A DNA stretch of 32,000 nt from Candidatus Thorarchaeota archaeon (GCA_048882505.1 JBHLRO010000003.1:30001-62000); one strand, 5' to 3'; numbered from the stretch's first letter, positions 18,364 through 27,755 are shown. Numbers and translations: made by a program. Notes: generated from the sequence alone by a model not told the origin.

Positions 18364-19182
18364 ATGACATCATCAGAAAATAATCTTGGAAATTATCATT
18401 TTACAGAATTTCCCATCAATCGACAGATCCTTAGTGACCTCTATGATGAATTTCTAAAAAAACATTATTCCATAGGTTACCTTGAAGTGACTGTTTCCAA
18501 AGCTTTGGAATTGATAAACAAATTGACAAAGAAGACTGGGGAAAAAATTTCTTTCACGGCTTGGGTTGTTAAGTGCATCAGTGATGCTATCCTTCAGTTT
18601 CCAGAGTTTAACTCTTATCGAAAGGGGAGAAACAGGCTAGTAACGTTTGAGGACATTGATATTATCGTTATGGTGGAACGTCAGTTAGTTGAAAAATTCA
18701 TTCCAGTTCCTTATTCGATTCGAAAAACTACAAAGAAAGATTTACTAGCCATTTCAAGGGAAATTAGGACAGCACAAAATATGGAAGTAACTGAGAAAAA
18801 TCAGCTTCTTGATCAAGGGATCCTTACCAGATTATATCCGCTTATTCCAGGGATTATTAAACGACGCCTGATTAGACGTATTCTTCGAAACCCTTTTTCT
18901 ATAAAAAAACAAGGAGGGTTAATCGTAGTTACCTCGGTTGGTATGTTCACTAATACTCGTGGATGGGTAGGTGGATTCGGCGGGATAACTACCCTCAATT
19001 TTGCAATTGGTGGGATCACTCAAAAACTCGTTAAATCTGGTGATTCTATCAAGGAAGAACAATGTTTACAGATGACCATATCTCTCGACCACGATATTAT
19101 TGATGGGGGTCCTGCGGCTCGTTTTTCAGCATATCTAGTCGATTTACTTGAAAAGGCTAGTGGTTTGACTGGACTGATGTAA
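18364..19182 (+). CDS. Stand-alone 2-oxo-acid dehydrogenase E2-type acyltransferase catalytic domain (paralog 1)
   Basis: ISFTAWVVKCISDA, FPEFNS, VVTSVGM and the catalytic HxxxDG motif in LDHDIIDGGPAARF. No lipoyl or subunit-binding domain. Confidence 0.88.
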   Translation: MTSSENNLGNYHFTEFPINRQILSDLYDEFLKKHYSIGYLEVTVSKALELINKLTKKTGEKISFTAWVVKCISDAILQFPEFNSYRKGRNRLVTFEDIDIIVMVERQLVEKFIPVPYSIRKTTKKDLLAISREIRTAQNMEVTEKNQLLDQGILTRLYPLIPGIIKRRLIRRILRNPFSIKKQGGLIVVTSVGMFTNTRGWVGGFGGITTLNFAIGGITQKLVKSGDSIKEEQCLQMTISLDHDIIDGGPAARFSAYLVDLLEKASGLTGLM

Positions 19183-19355
19183 CATGAAATCCCATACCTT
19201 CATCCGCTTAACTTTATCTTGAGGTATTTGTCCAGATACCTGATTCCAGAAAAACTGTCATTGAAAAATCACAGGATTTAAACATTTCAATTAATATACG
19301 GTGACATTGATCTACCAATATAGACAATGCATAATAGGCAAAAAGAGGTGGCACC

Positions 19356-19721
19356 ATGGTTGAAGTAGAAATAATGCTTAGTTTCTTATGGGTCTCCATA
19401 ATGTTTTGTTATTTATATGGGGATGTGTTTTCCATACTGGCTGGGGATTTTAAACCTGGCGAAATAGATGGAAAACCATTAACTGAGTACATGGTTCTAG
19501 GAATGGCCGTGATAATAACAATTCCAATTACTATGATCGTCCTAACTTTAATATTGGATTACTCAATCAGTCGCTGGGCAAACATTATCGTTTCTCTTGG
19601 GTATATTATTTTTAATGTATTATCCCTTAGGAGTTATCCAATCTATGAAAAATTTACTTTAGTTGTTTCGATGGTATTTAATGTAATAGTAGTCTATCTT
19701 GCATTCACTTGGGCAATCTAA
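19356..19721 (+). CDS. DUF6326-family membrane protein
   Basis: LSFLWVSIMFCYLYGDVF, MAVIITIPITMIVLTL..., RWANIIV and terminal W; four TM helices; GAGGTG ribosome-binding site. Confidence 0.8.
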   Translation: MVEVEIMLSFLWVSIMFCYLYGDVFSILAGDFKPGEIDGKPLTEYMVLGMAVIITIPITMIVLTLILDYSISRWANIIVSLGYIIFNVLSLRSYPIYEKFTLVVSMVFNVIVVYLAFTWAI

Positions 19722-19726
19722 GGATT

Positions 19727-20398
19727 TCAGAAGAATTCAGATAATGTTGTTTTAGGGTTCTTCTTTTTTGCGGGTTTTATTGTGGTCGGCCCATTATCCC
19801 CCTTGCTCGGCAGCGTATCAACAATCCAACTATTCATTTCTCCCTCATACGGTTTAAGGATCGCTAATAACTGCTCTTGAGTTTTCTCATAATTAAGCCA
19901 AAAATCGACTTGTTTTTTATTGAAAATGACTGGCATCCTATGAAAAACCTTTTCAACAACGGGATGAGGATCAGTTGTTAAAACTGCACATTTATACCTC
20001 ATCCTGCTCTCCTCTTCATCGAAATAAGAATTATAAATCCCAGCAATTCCGAATAAAGGCTCGTTTTTTAACGAAAAGTAGTATGGGATTCTTTCTTTAC
20101 CGACGCGTTCCCATTCAAAAAAACCGTTTGCAAGAATAACACAACGTTTTTCCACAAAGGCTTTCCTGAAAAGCTTTTTTTCATGAACCGTTTCACTTCG
20201 AGCTTTATATGATTGAAAACCTTTTGTATAACCCCAATACATTCGAACTAGTTTGTAACCTTCCTCATTTACAATTGCAGTTGCTCTGTTTGTTGGTTTA
20301 AGATTGTAATAAGGAAAAACCTCAAGATTCCCTGGAGAAACGCCAAATGTAGACTCAATTTCATCTTTTGACGAAAAAAAGGCGAATCTTGAAGGCAT
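19727..20398 (-). CDS. SRAP (SOS response-associated peptidase / HMCES / YedK) family protein with a divergent active site
   Basis: YNLKP, MYWG, ARSETV, RCVILANGFFEW, FGIAGIY, CAVLTT and RMPVI. The N-terminus is MPSRF instead of MCGRF. Confidence 0.9.
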   Translation of the reverse strand: MPSRFAFFSSKDEIESTFGVSPGNLEVFPYYNLKPTNRATAIVNEEGYKLVRMYWGYTKGFQSYKARSETVHEKKLFRKAFVEKRCVILANGFFEWERVGKERIPYYFSLKNEPLFGIAGIYNSYFDEEESRMRYKCAVLTTDPHPVVEKVFHRMPVIFNKKQVDFWLNYEKTQEQLLAILKPYEGEMNSWIVDTLPSKGDNGPTTIKPAKKKNPKTTLSEFF

Positions 20399-20581
20399 AA
20401 GATTCGATTTGGTACCTGTTTTAAAAAAAATGTTTTACGAAGCTTAAAATGGGGAACTCGTTGAGGATGCCTGAATTTTAACTGGAGAGGATAAGTCATC
20501 TGCCCAAAGAACATTGATGGAGATACAATTACTTTTCGGAAAGCGGGATCTGGAGATATTCCGTCCCTCATAAATGTTTAC

Positions 20582-21400
20582 ATGGAGTCGCTAACCGATT
20601 TGGAAACAAGAATGAATGTTTCTCCTTCTCTACCGTCTAAATCAGAGACGGAGCAATTTTATCAGCATGCTATGTCAAGTGGCGACTTTTTTGTAGCAAT
20701 TGCTGATAAAAAGATTATCGGATTCAGCGGGGCTATTATCCGAGACAGATTATGGTTTTTATCGGCCTTTTGGGTTCTCCCTTCTTTTCAAAAAAGCGGT
20801 ATTGGCCTTTCTCTTCTTGAACGCGTTTTTGAAAAAGGTATCAGTCGTGGTGCATCAGTTTTCTGTGTTTATTCTTCTAGTGATTTTCCAGCATTAGCAT
20901 CTTACATGAAAATGGGTATGTTTCCTGGCTACCCAGTTTTTTATTTTGAGGGAATTCCGAAAATAGCATCCTTTTCGAGAGCTAATTCACATCGATCTGA
21001 GGAATTACAGGAGGAAGTAGCAACAGAACTAGATTTAGAAATTCGAGGGGTTAATAGATTGACGGATCATAGATATTGGAAATTGTTGGGATCAAGGGCG
21101 GTTCAAATTGAAATAGAAGGTAAAATCGGAGGATACTACTATGTTAGAAAAGGATTCATTGGTCCGCTGGTAAGTAAACAGTCCAAAGACATTGAATTAT
21201 TACTTAATTTAGCTATGAAAGATGCTTTGGATTTAACTCCGAATAAGATAATCAAATTGAGGGTTCCAGGTATCAATCATCATGCCCTAAAATGGATTCT
21301 GAAAACTGGACTAAAAATCAGGTCGACATCGCACTTTTTGACATCAAAAGAGTTTGGAAAACTTGCTTGTTATCTTCCTTCAGATCCTGGCCTATATTGA
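20582..21400 (+). CDS. GNAT-family N-acetyltransferase (tandem GNAT-like)
   Basis: FFVAIADKKIIGFS, WFLSAFWVLPSFQKSGIGLSLLE (motif A) and ALASYMKMG. The frame extends upstream (ITFRKAGSGDIPSL, from 20528) without an in-frame ATG. Confidence 0.85.
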   Translation: MESLTDLETRMNVSPSLPSKSETEQFYQHAMSSGDFFVAIADKKIIGFSGAIIRDRLWFLSAFWVLPSFQKSGIGLSLLERVFEKGISRGASVFCVYSSSDFPALASYMKMGMFPGYPVFYFEGIPKIASFSRANSHRSEELQEEVATELDLEIRGVNRLTDHRYWKLLGSRAVQIEIEGKIGGYYYVRKGFIGPLVSKQSKDIELLLNLAMKDALDLTPNKIIKLRVPGINHHALKWILKTGLKIRSTSHFLTSKEFGKLACYLPSDPGLY

Positions 21401-21417
21401 TTGATTGATTAGGTGGT

Positions 21418-22284
21418 TTGATAGATATGAAGTTGAAGGGATTTGAAAAGTTACAGCAGAAATTGCCGGGATATAGCGGCAAGAGGTTTGTCATTATACC
21501 ACTCATCGGGTTTGTCTCTTTTATTTCCAGCTTTTTCATTTTGCTACTGAGCTATTGGATGCCCACCCTTCTTCCCGATAATGAACTACTTGGTCTGGCT
21601 GAACCAATATTACCTATTGCTGGTCAGGTGATCATATTAACCATTGGGTTTTTCCTAATCGCGCGAGTATGGAATAGAAGACGGTTACTACTCAAAAAAC
21701 ATAAGGAATTAGCATATGAGCGAGGAGTCATTTCAGGATTCATTGGCGTACCTTTGGTACTTGCAACGGCATTCCACAGTTTGTTCCCGATAGCTTTTTC
21801 GTGGGAACCAATAAATCCAACTACTGCTCAAATGTTCTTTTCACCATTCAGATCTAACTTGATTTTATCGATTATTTTATTACTTATTGGGTCCATCCTA
21901 GTTCTAATTGGATTATTGACCTTTCGGAGAGCAATTTTGACTTTTGGAATCGATTATATGGCGGTTATATACGTTTATTACCCAGAAGAGTCAGAACTTC
22001 AGGATCATCAAATTTACTCTATCCTGAGGCATCCAACGTATTTTGCTATCATTTTGACTGCCGTAGGTGGATGGCTGGTAAACTTCTCGGTGTATTCATT
22101 CATTGCGATGTTGCTCGTTATCCTCGGTATACTCATCCATCTTCGGTTTGTTGAAGAAAAGGAGCTTTTAGAACGGTTTGAATCATTTCGAGAATATAGA
22201 CAACAGGTTCCAGCATTTATCATCAAACCTAGTCAAATTGTACCTTTTTTCAGATTTATCTTAGGCCAGGAAAACGCTCAATAG
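21418..22284 (+). CDS. Isoprenylcysteine carboxyl methyltransferase (ICMT/PEMT)-family membrane protein
   Basis: Multiple TM helices; IYSILRHPTYF and EEKELLERFESFREYRQQVPAFI. Alternative start at ATG 21427. Confidence 0.85.
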   Translation: MIDMKLKGFEKLQQKLPGYSGKRFVIIPLIGFVSFISSFFILLLSYWMPTLLPDNELLGLAEPILPIAGQVIILTIGFFLIARVWNRRRLLLKKHKELAYERGVISGFIGVPLVLATAFHSLFPIAFSWEPINPTTAQMFFSPFRSNLILSIILLLIGSILVLIGLLTFRRAILTFGIDYMAVIYVYYPEESELQDHQIYSILRHPTYFAIILTAVGGWLVNFSVYSFIAMLLVILGILIHLRFVEEKELLERFESFREYRQQVPAFIIKPSQIVPFFRFILGQENAQ

Positions 22285-22351
22285 GAGTAACTATAACCTC
22301 TTTCTCATTTAATTCTAAAATTTCTACTAATTCAAATGGAAAGCGAGGAAC

Positions 22352-22627
22352 TTGTCAAACTATCCACAAAATAAGGAAGAATGGCAAGTAGCAATATACG
22401 CTGGAGTAGGTTTAACTAAATTGGAGGGGGAGAGGAAATACCAAACTCAGAATTTCCCTTATTTGAAGGTGGAAGAATGGATTCAGAAATCGTTTAGTGA
22501 AGGATTTCACCCTGATTTTGTTCCAGCATTACTTAGAAACATACAGGGATTGGTCGCATGGGTTTATGGGGGAAAGGAAGAACCAAATTGGTCGCAATCT
22601 GATGAAGAGATCGATTATCAAGAATAA
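22352..22627 (+). CDS. Small hypothetical protein
   Basis: 91-aa ORF that fills the gap between convergent genes, with protein-like composition; no family recognised. Confidence 0.4.
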   Translation: MSNYPQNKEEWQVAIYAGVGLTKLEGERKYQTQNFPYLKVEEWIQKSFSEGFHPDFVPALLRNIQGLVAWVYGGKEEPNWSQSDEEIDYQE

Positions 22628-22654
22628 ATACAAAAAAACTCCAATCAGATATTA

Positions 22655-23812
22655 TCAGTCCAGAAGCGAGTCTTCAAGGGCATTCGTAATACGCTGAAGT
22701 CCACCTTCGAGTTCTGTGTAACTGGGATATCCGAAGCCCAACCGCAGAAATCTTTTCCCTACTTCAAACCAATAACCTGGGGCAACGAATGTCCTGTATT
22801 TTTCTTTCAAAACCATATAAAACTTGTCAATATCTATGTTAACGGTCTCTCTAATCCTCGGAATACAAACACACCCCCCTTGAGGTTCAACCCATTCTAA
22901 AAGTTCATTCTTTTCAAGCCAGCCCTTTAAAAGTTTATAATTGGTATTGACATGAGACTGAATATCCTCCAAAAACTGGGTTTTCTTGTTAATATAGAAA
23001 TGAGCGGCGATGGCTTCATCAATGATAGAATTACATATATAAATCAATTCCTTGGCTGCCAAGAATCTTTCCATCAATGCGGGATCTTGATTGACCAACC
23101 ACCCGGATCTGATTCCAGGTAATCCATAGGCCTTAGAAAAAGAAGACACACTAATAGCTTGGGGACTTAATGACGCTGCCATTGGAGGAGGATCATTGGT
23201 CATATCCCTGTAGGTTTCATCTAAGAGTAAATGACACCCTTTGGATTCTACCAGTACAATAATTTCATCTAATTCAGATTTCGTTAAAACAGTACCAGTA
23301 GGGTTTTGTGGGTAAGTGAGACTGACAAGTCGAGTATTTGGTTTAATCAGCTGAGAAAGTTTTTCTAGGTCTAATTTGAATTGTTCTTCAAATGATAAGG
23401 CCAAGTAGTCAACCTGACATCCGATTGCCCGAGGTGTTTCTACATTAGCTGTATAATTAGGGTGTAGAAGTACTACATGGTCACTTGGTTTCAGTAAAGA
23501 AGTGTAGATGATAAAGAGGGCTCCAGCAGCCCCTGTGCCAATTAGAACATCATCAGGTTTAATTCCCTCTCCTTCGCTGGATATTGAAAGACGTAATTCT
23601 GGATTTCCAAGATGATCACCGTACCTAAGTAAAATGTTATTTAGATCGATATCTAGGTCTCCAAATACTGCGTCAGGTACAGAACTTTCTGCCAAATTAT
23701 ACTGAATCCTTTCATAACCATACTCTTCCGGAGATTCCTTTTCAATAGGGGTTCTTCGGTAAGCTAGGTGTCCTTGACTGATTTCTTTACCTGATATATC
23801 AGTACTTACCAT
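22655..23812 (-). CDS. PLP-dependent aminotransferase class I/II
   Basis: YNLAESS, YPQNPTG, LDETYR, PLP-lysine motif SFSKAYGLPGIRSGW and FLRLGFG. ATG 23812 is preferred because the longer TTG start at 23857 overlaps the duplicated promoter block. Confidence 0.92.
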   Translation of the reverse strand: MVSTDISGKEISQGHLAYRRTPIEKESPEEYGYERIQYNLAESSVPDAVFGDLDIDLNNILLRYGDHLGNPELRLSISSEGEGIKPDDVLIGTGAAGALFIIYTSLLKPSDHVVLLHPNYTANVETPRAIGCQVDYLALSFEEQFKLDLEKLSQLIKPNTRLVSLTYPQNPTGTVLTKSELDEIIVLVESKGCHLLLDETYRDMTNDPPPMAASLSPQAISVSSFSKAYGLPGIRSGWLVNQDPALMERFLAAKELIYICNSIIDEAIAAHFYINKKTQFLEDIQSHVNTNYKLLKGWLEKNELLEWVEPQGGCVCIPRIRETVNIDIDKFYMVLKEKYRTFVAPGYWFEVGKRFLRLGFGYPSYTELEGGLQRITNALEDSLLD

Positions 23813-23855
23813 ATCATTCACAAACCAACCTAATTTACGAATGGAATATTTAGGC

Positions 23856-24742
23856 AAATGTCTATTTAATTAAAGATCTTTTCGATCCTTTTGAGTCCAG
23901 AGTAATCATCTGGAGGTTACTGAATGTCACCATCAAAAGACAATCTTGGAAATTACCATCTAACCGAGTTTCCCACCAATCGCCAAATCCTTAGTGACCT
24001 TTATGATGAATTTCTAAAGAAGCATTATTCCATTGGTTACATTGAGGTGACTGTTTCCAAGGCTAACGAATTGATAAACAAGTTCCTAGAGAAGACAGGA
24101 GAAAAAATTTCTTTCACCGCTTGGATCGTTAAGTGTATCAGTGATGCCGTCGTTCAGTTCCCAGAATTTAATTCTTATCGAAAGGAGAGAAACAAGCTTG
24201 TCACGTTTGAGGATATTGATATTATTGTTATGGTGGAACAGCAGTTACCTGACAAAGTTGTTCCGATCCCTTATTCTATTCGAAAAACTACAAATAAAAA
24301 TCTATTAACCATTTCTAAAGAAATTAGGACAACACAAAGTATGGAAGTAACTGAGGAACATCAGCTACTTGATCAGGGAATCCTTATCAAATTATATCCA
24401 TTAATTCCAGCATTTATTCGACAACGACTGATAAGACGTAAGATTCGAGATCCTTTTACCATTAAAAAACAGGGAGGATTAATTGTGGTCACCTCCGTTG
24501 GTATGTTTATCAATACTCGGGGGTGGGTGGGAGGATTTGGCGGGATAACTACCCTAAATTTTGTAATTGGTGGAATCACGAAAAAATTCGTTAAATCTGG
24601 TGATTCGATCAAGGAAGAACAACTTCTACAGATGAGCATTTATCTTGACCATGATATTATTGATGGGGCTCCAACGGCTCGTTTTTCGGCGTATCTAGTC
24701 GATTTACTGGAGAATGCAAATGGTTTAACTGAACTGATCTAG
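23856..24742 (+). repeat. Copy 2 of the duplicated promoter plus acyltransferase gene unit
   Basis: Colinear with 18296-19182. Confidence 0.85.
23924..24742 (+). CDS. Stand-alone E2-type acyltransferase catalytic domain (paralog 2)
   Basis: Same length as paralog 1 (272 aa) and about 80% identical (about 53 differences by manual count); LDHDIIDGAPTARF. Confidence 0.88.
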   Translation: MSPSKDNLGNYHLTEFPTNRQILSDLYDEFLKKHYSIGYIEVTVSKANELINKFLEKTGEKISFTAWIVKCISDAVVQFPEFNSYRKERNKLVTFEDIDIIVMVEQQLPDKVVPIPYSIRKTTNKNLLTISKEIRTTQSMEVTEEHQLLDQGILIKLYPLIPAFIRQRLIRRKIRDPFTIKKQGGLIVVTSVGMFINTRGWVGGFGGITTLNFVIGGITKKFVKSGDSIKEEQLLQMSIYLDHDIIDGAPTARFSAYLVDLLENANGLTELI

Positions 24743-25019
24743 CGAATTCAAATTTCTTTAAACAAACGTATCAAGTATGGTTTTAGTAAATGGAGAATCC
24801 GATATCTCTCCTACATCTGCGAATCCTGAAAAAAAACGTAATGTATCCGAATTTGCCAGTAGAATTATCATTAATTCCATTTTTGGAATCTTAATATACA
24901 TAAAGAAATAGAATTATCACCAAACCCAAATTAACGTTTGTTATCACACATCCATAATATTAGATATGAATTTGAATCGATTAATAATTGCTCTCTGCAC
25001 ATTAGAGGTTTCGTTGCTT

Positions 25020-25703
25020 TTATTTCTGTGTCTTAATGCCAAATGGTACCAATAATGGTGTGTGTATCTTATATTCAAGGTAGTTCTCACCAAAGCGAAT
25101 TTCCAGCTCTTTTTCTTCATAAACTTTTAGAAAAAATATCCAGACCGGTACCACAAGAGTAAGAACCCACAATAGAAACCCCGCAGATTGGAAAAATAAC
25201 GCTAAGGAGACTAAAAATAGGAGAATGGCTAAGACCATGGGATTGCGCGTTCGAGCATACAACCAATCGCTTACAAGATATCTACTATTAGCAATCAAAG
25301 CGAATGGAGCCCCTAATCCTCTTAGTGCCAAATAAACCACTGTAAGCAAAGTGAAAACACCGCTTATACTAAGAAGAATAAAACTTATCTCCTTAGGAAA
25401 TGGTATAATAACTCCCTTCCAACTTTCAGCAGACAAAATAGCTCGTATAATGCCTGCTCCAAGACAAATCATGATAGAAAAATGAATTGTCATATTTAAC
25501 CAGAAAGTGTGTTTAGCTGTTGGATATTTATTGAGGATGAATCGCCCTACAGAAGAAATTGGAGCAACAGCAACCACACCCCCTATTATTATGAATGCGT
25601 CAGTCATAAGATCAAATTGCTGGTCGAAAAACCATCTCCAAATTATGAAGACAAGTATCAGGCTTAGAAATCGAATTATAGACGAGATTATAGGAGATCT
25701 CAT
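25020..25703 (-). CDS. ICMT/PEMT-family membrane methyltransferase
   Basis: GLGAPF, LVSDWLYARTRNPMVL and YEEKELEIRFGENYLEYKIHTPLLVP. Confidence 0.85.
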   Translation of the reverse strand: MRSPIISSIIRFLSLILVFIIWRWFFDQQFDLMTDAFIIIGGVVAVAPISSVGRFILNKYPTAKHTFWLNMTIHFSIMICLGAGIIRAILSAESWKGVIIPFPKEISFILLSISGVFTLLTVVYLALRGLGAPFALIANSRYLVSDWLYARTRNPMVLAILLFLVSLALFFQSAGFLLWVLTLVVPVWIFFLKVYEEKELEIRFGENYLEYKIHTPLLVPFGIKTQK

Positions 25704-25769
25704 AATATTTTCCTGAATCTGTCGTTAACCATTTGTTATATCAATACAATGCCGTAATTTAGAAAGATA

Positions 25770-26753
25770 TTGGATAGGATCATTATAGTGGGAAAAGATA
25801 AGTACTCAAATGTTCGCTATATCAGTTTGTTGTGGCTAAGTTTGGAACAGTCTTATGTTTGTGAAGTTTGTGGCGAAAAAAACAGTACTAACTTCTCGTA
25901 CTGTCGGACCTGTGGGGCTGAACTACTCTTAATGGAGAAGACACTCCAACAATCACGGATGCCTAGTACACTAGATATATCAAATTTTGATTCCACTGAA
26001 GAGGATTTGATCTTCCCAGATCAAAAGTGCTGGAAATGTGAGAAGACTGTGAATCCAGATTCCCCGTTTCTGAATTTTTGCTCTGAAACTTGTAGCAACA
26101 TTTATTCTCCATCTGAACTACAGCCTGAACACGTATATCGAATATACAGAAAGACAAAGGGCAAACGAGAATATAGGATTAATGATATGGACAATCGAGA
26201 ATTCATGAGGGCGATAAGTGAAAAGAGAGGACTTACTACCTTTAAAATACAAGATCAAAATGGATTACCATTAGGAGAGATTAGAAGAGGTGGGACTTCT
26301 TCCTCCCGACATAATTACTCCTCGGATTGGCCTTTCGATTTGGATGTTTTAGGACGGTCAGAGGAGTTTCAGGTACGGGTGAAACGTGATAACACTCTTC
26401 CCAGTTGGGGCGAGATAAAAACTCCGTTGAAAACTTACACTGCTAAATTTAATAGAAAATTAATTGGGGTTAATTATGTTATTGGGCCTTTTAACCAGTC
26501 TGTTAGAACAGAAGGAAATATCAATGATTTGGATGGTAATCGTTACCTTACAATTGTCTGGGAGGATTGGGAAGATTCCCAAACAAAATCTCTATCAGAA
26601 TTTAAGAATTTAAAATGGTATACTTATCGACTTGATTGCTATAAATTTTCAAGTAAATTCCTTACTTTCGCTGTATCAGTGTGTCTTATTGAAAGGTTCA
26701 TAAGCAACTTTGGAGATTTAGCTGCCGAACGGAAACCCATTCAAGATTTTTGA
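25770..26753 (+). CDS. Zinc-ribbon plus LURP-one/scramblase (tubby-like) domain protein
   Basis: CEVC...YCRTC and CWKC...FCSETC Cys clusters, then beta-rich repeats (YRINDMDN; FKIQDQNGLPLGEI) and a terminal hydrophobic helix KFLTFAVSVCLIE. Start may be later (TTG 25842). Confidence 0.55.
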   Translation: MDRIIIVGKDKYSNVRYISLLWLSLEQSYVCEVCGEKNSTNFSYCRTCGAELLLMEKTLQQSRMPSTLDISNFDSTEEDLIFPDQKCWKCEKTVNPDSPFLNFCSETCSNIYSPSELQPEHVYRIYRKTKGKREYRINDMDNREFMRAISEKRGLTTFKIQDQNGLPLGEIRRGGTSSSRHNYSSDWPFDLDVLGRSEEFQVRVKRDNTLPSWGEIKTPLKTYTAKFNRKLIGVNYVIGPFNQSVRTEGNINDLDGNRYLTIVWEDWEDSQTKSLSEFKNLKWYTYRLDCYKFSSKFLTFAVSVCLIERFISNFGDLAAERKPIQDF

Positions 26754-27060
26754 CTTTATTCCTTCTGCAAATCCCAGATTAACTTTAGAGATTTATCTTC
26801 CGATTGGAAATTCCCCTTAGTGTAAACAAGTTTTAAGATAGATAATCGCAAACATAGTAATGGATAGATGATTTAGCATTAAGGTCTTCAAACGTGGATT
26901 ATAATTGTTAAAGCTGGCTTTTATGATTTTTAACTAAGCTCATTCATGATACGTAAAAAAGATAAGATATCTTGAATTTTTCTGTGCAAGTTGGATTTAC
27001 ATTATGGAATCATATCAATTCTTTCTGAATAATATCTTTGGGAACACCTTCCAAGCCATG

Positions 27061-27630
27061 CTAGACTTCCCAGATTGCAGATAAATTACACTTCAATTCA
27101 GAATATCTGTCTCTTAACCGTTCATTCAATGTTTCCATCTCCTCCTTAACAATTACAATCCATTTGAGTAATGATTCTAAAATGATCAAATCACGTTTAG
27201 CTTTGTCTAATTTTTTGGATTCTGAACTTAAGGTGCTTTTCCAGTGATCCCTAATATTGATTAGCATATCATGTCTGTCAGGTAGGTTTTTGCTAAAATT
27301 AGTTAATTGATTGGTGAGTAATTCTAAAAATGTAGTTGGTTCGACATTATACTCCCATTCTAAAGAGCCAGGTTGGCGTTTTCTTCTGATTAAACCTAGA
27401 TTTTCCAATTCTTTTACAATTCTACTGATAGTAGAGGGGTTAACTTTAAATTTCTTAATAAGACTTCTTTGGGTGATAATCTTTTTAGAGGTGTTAATAA
27501 CACACAATCCATAGATACGACCTAGTAGAGGAGAATTACCACTGTCATACATGACATCTTCGAAGAAATTCATCATTTCTTCCTCAATATTTAAAATTTC
27601 ATCAAAATTACCCTTACTTCGTGCATTCAA
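27061..27630 (-). CDS. GbsR/MarR-family winged-helix transcriptional regulator
   Basis: LLGRIYGL, ITQRSLIKKFKVNPSTISRIVKELENLGLIRR, then a helical C-terminus. Confidence 0.85.
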   Translation of the reverse strand: MNARSKGNFDEILNIEEEMMNFFEDVMYDSGNSPLLGRIYGLCVINTSKKIITQRSLIKKFKVNPSTISRIVKELENLGLIRRKRQPGSLEWEYNVEPTTFLELLTNQLTNFSKNLPDRHDMLINIRDHWKSTLSSESKKLDKAKRDLIILESLLKWIVIVKEEMETLNERLRDRYSELKCNLSAIWEV

Positions 27631-27677
27631 GGCATTTCACACGTTGAAAAATTTCTTTCCAATAGAAATATAAATTT

Positions 27678-27736
27678 ATTGCAATTACTGGGAATTGAGG
27701 TTCTTGCAAGAATCTTGCAAAAACAAGGAATTGCAA
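27678..27736. promoter_or_regulatory. Array of four TTGCAA palindromes including a perfect 12-bp palindrome TTCTTGCAAGAA
   Basis: TTGCAA at 27679, 27704, 27715 and 27731; TTCTTGCAAGAA at 27701-27712; located between divergent MarR-family and amphi-Trp genes. Confidence 0.6.
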
Positions 27737-27755
27737 AAAAATTTCTTGGTGATAA

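Larger units (their letters stand above)
18296..19182 (+). repeat. Copy 1 of a duplicated promoter plus acyltransferase gene unit
   Basis: Colinear with 23856-24742 at an offset of 5560 nt. Upstream 18311-18363 versus 23871-23923 is 43/53 identical, including a TATA-like box and GGAGG. Confidence 0.85.

Noticed and set aside
21418-25703. ICMT homologues as evidence for eukaryote-like CaaX prenylation
   Set aside because: No protein in the window ends in a CaaX motif and no prenyltransferase is present; ICMT-family proteins are widespread in prokaryotes.
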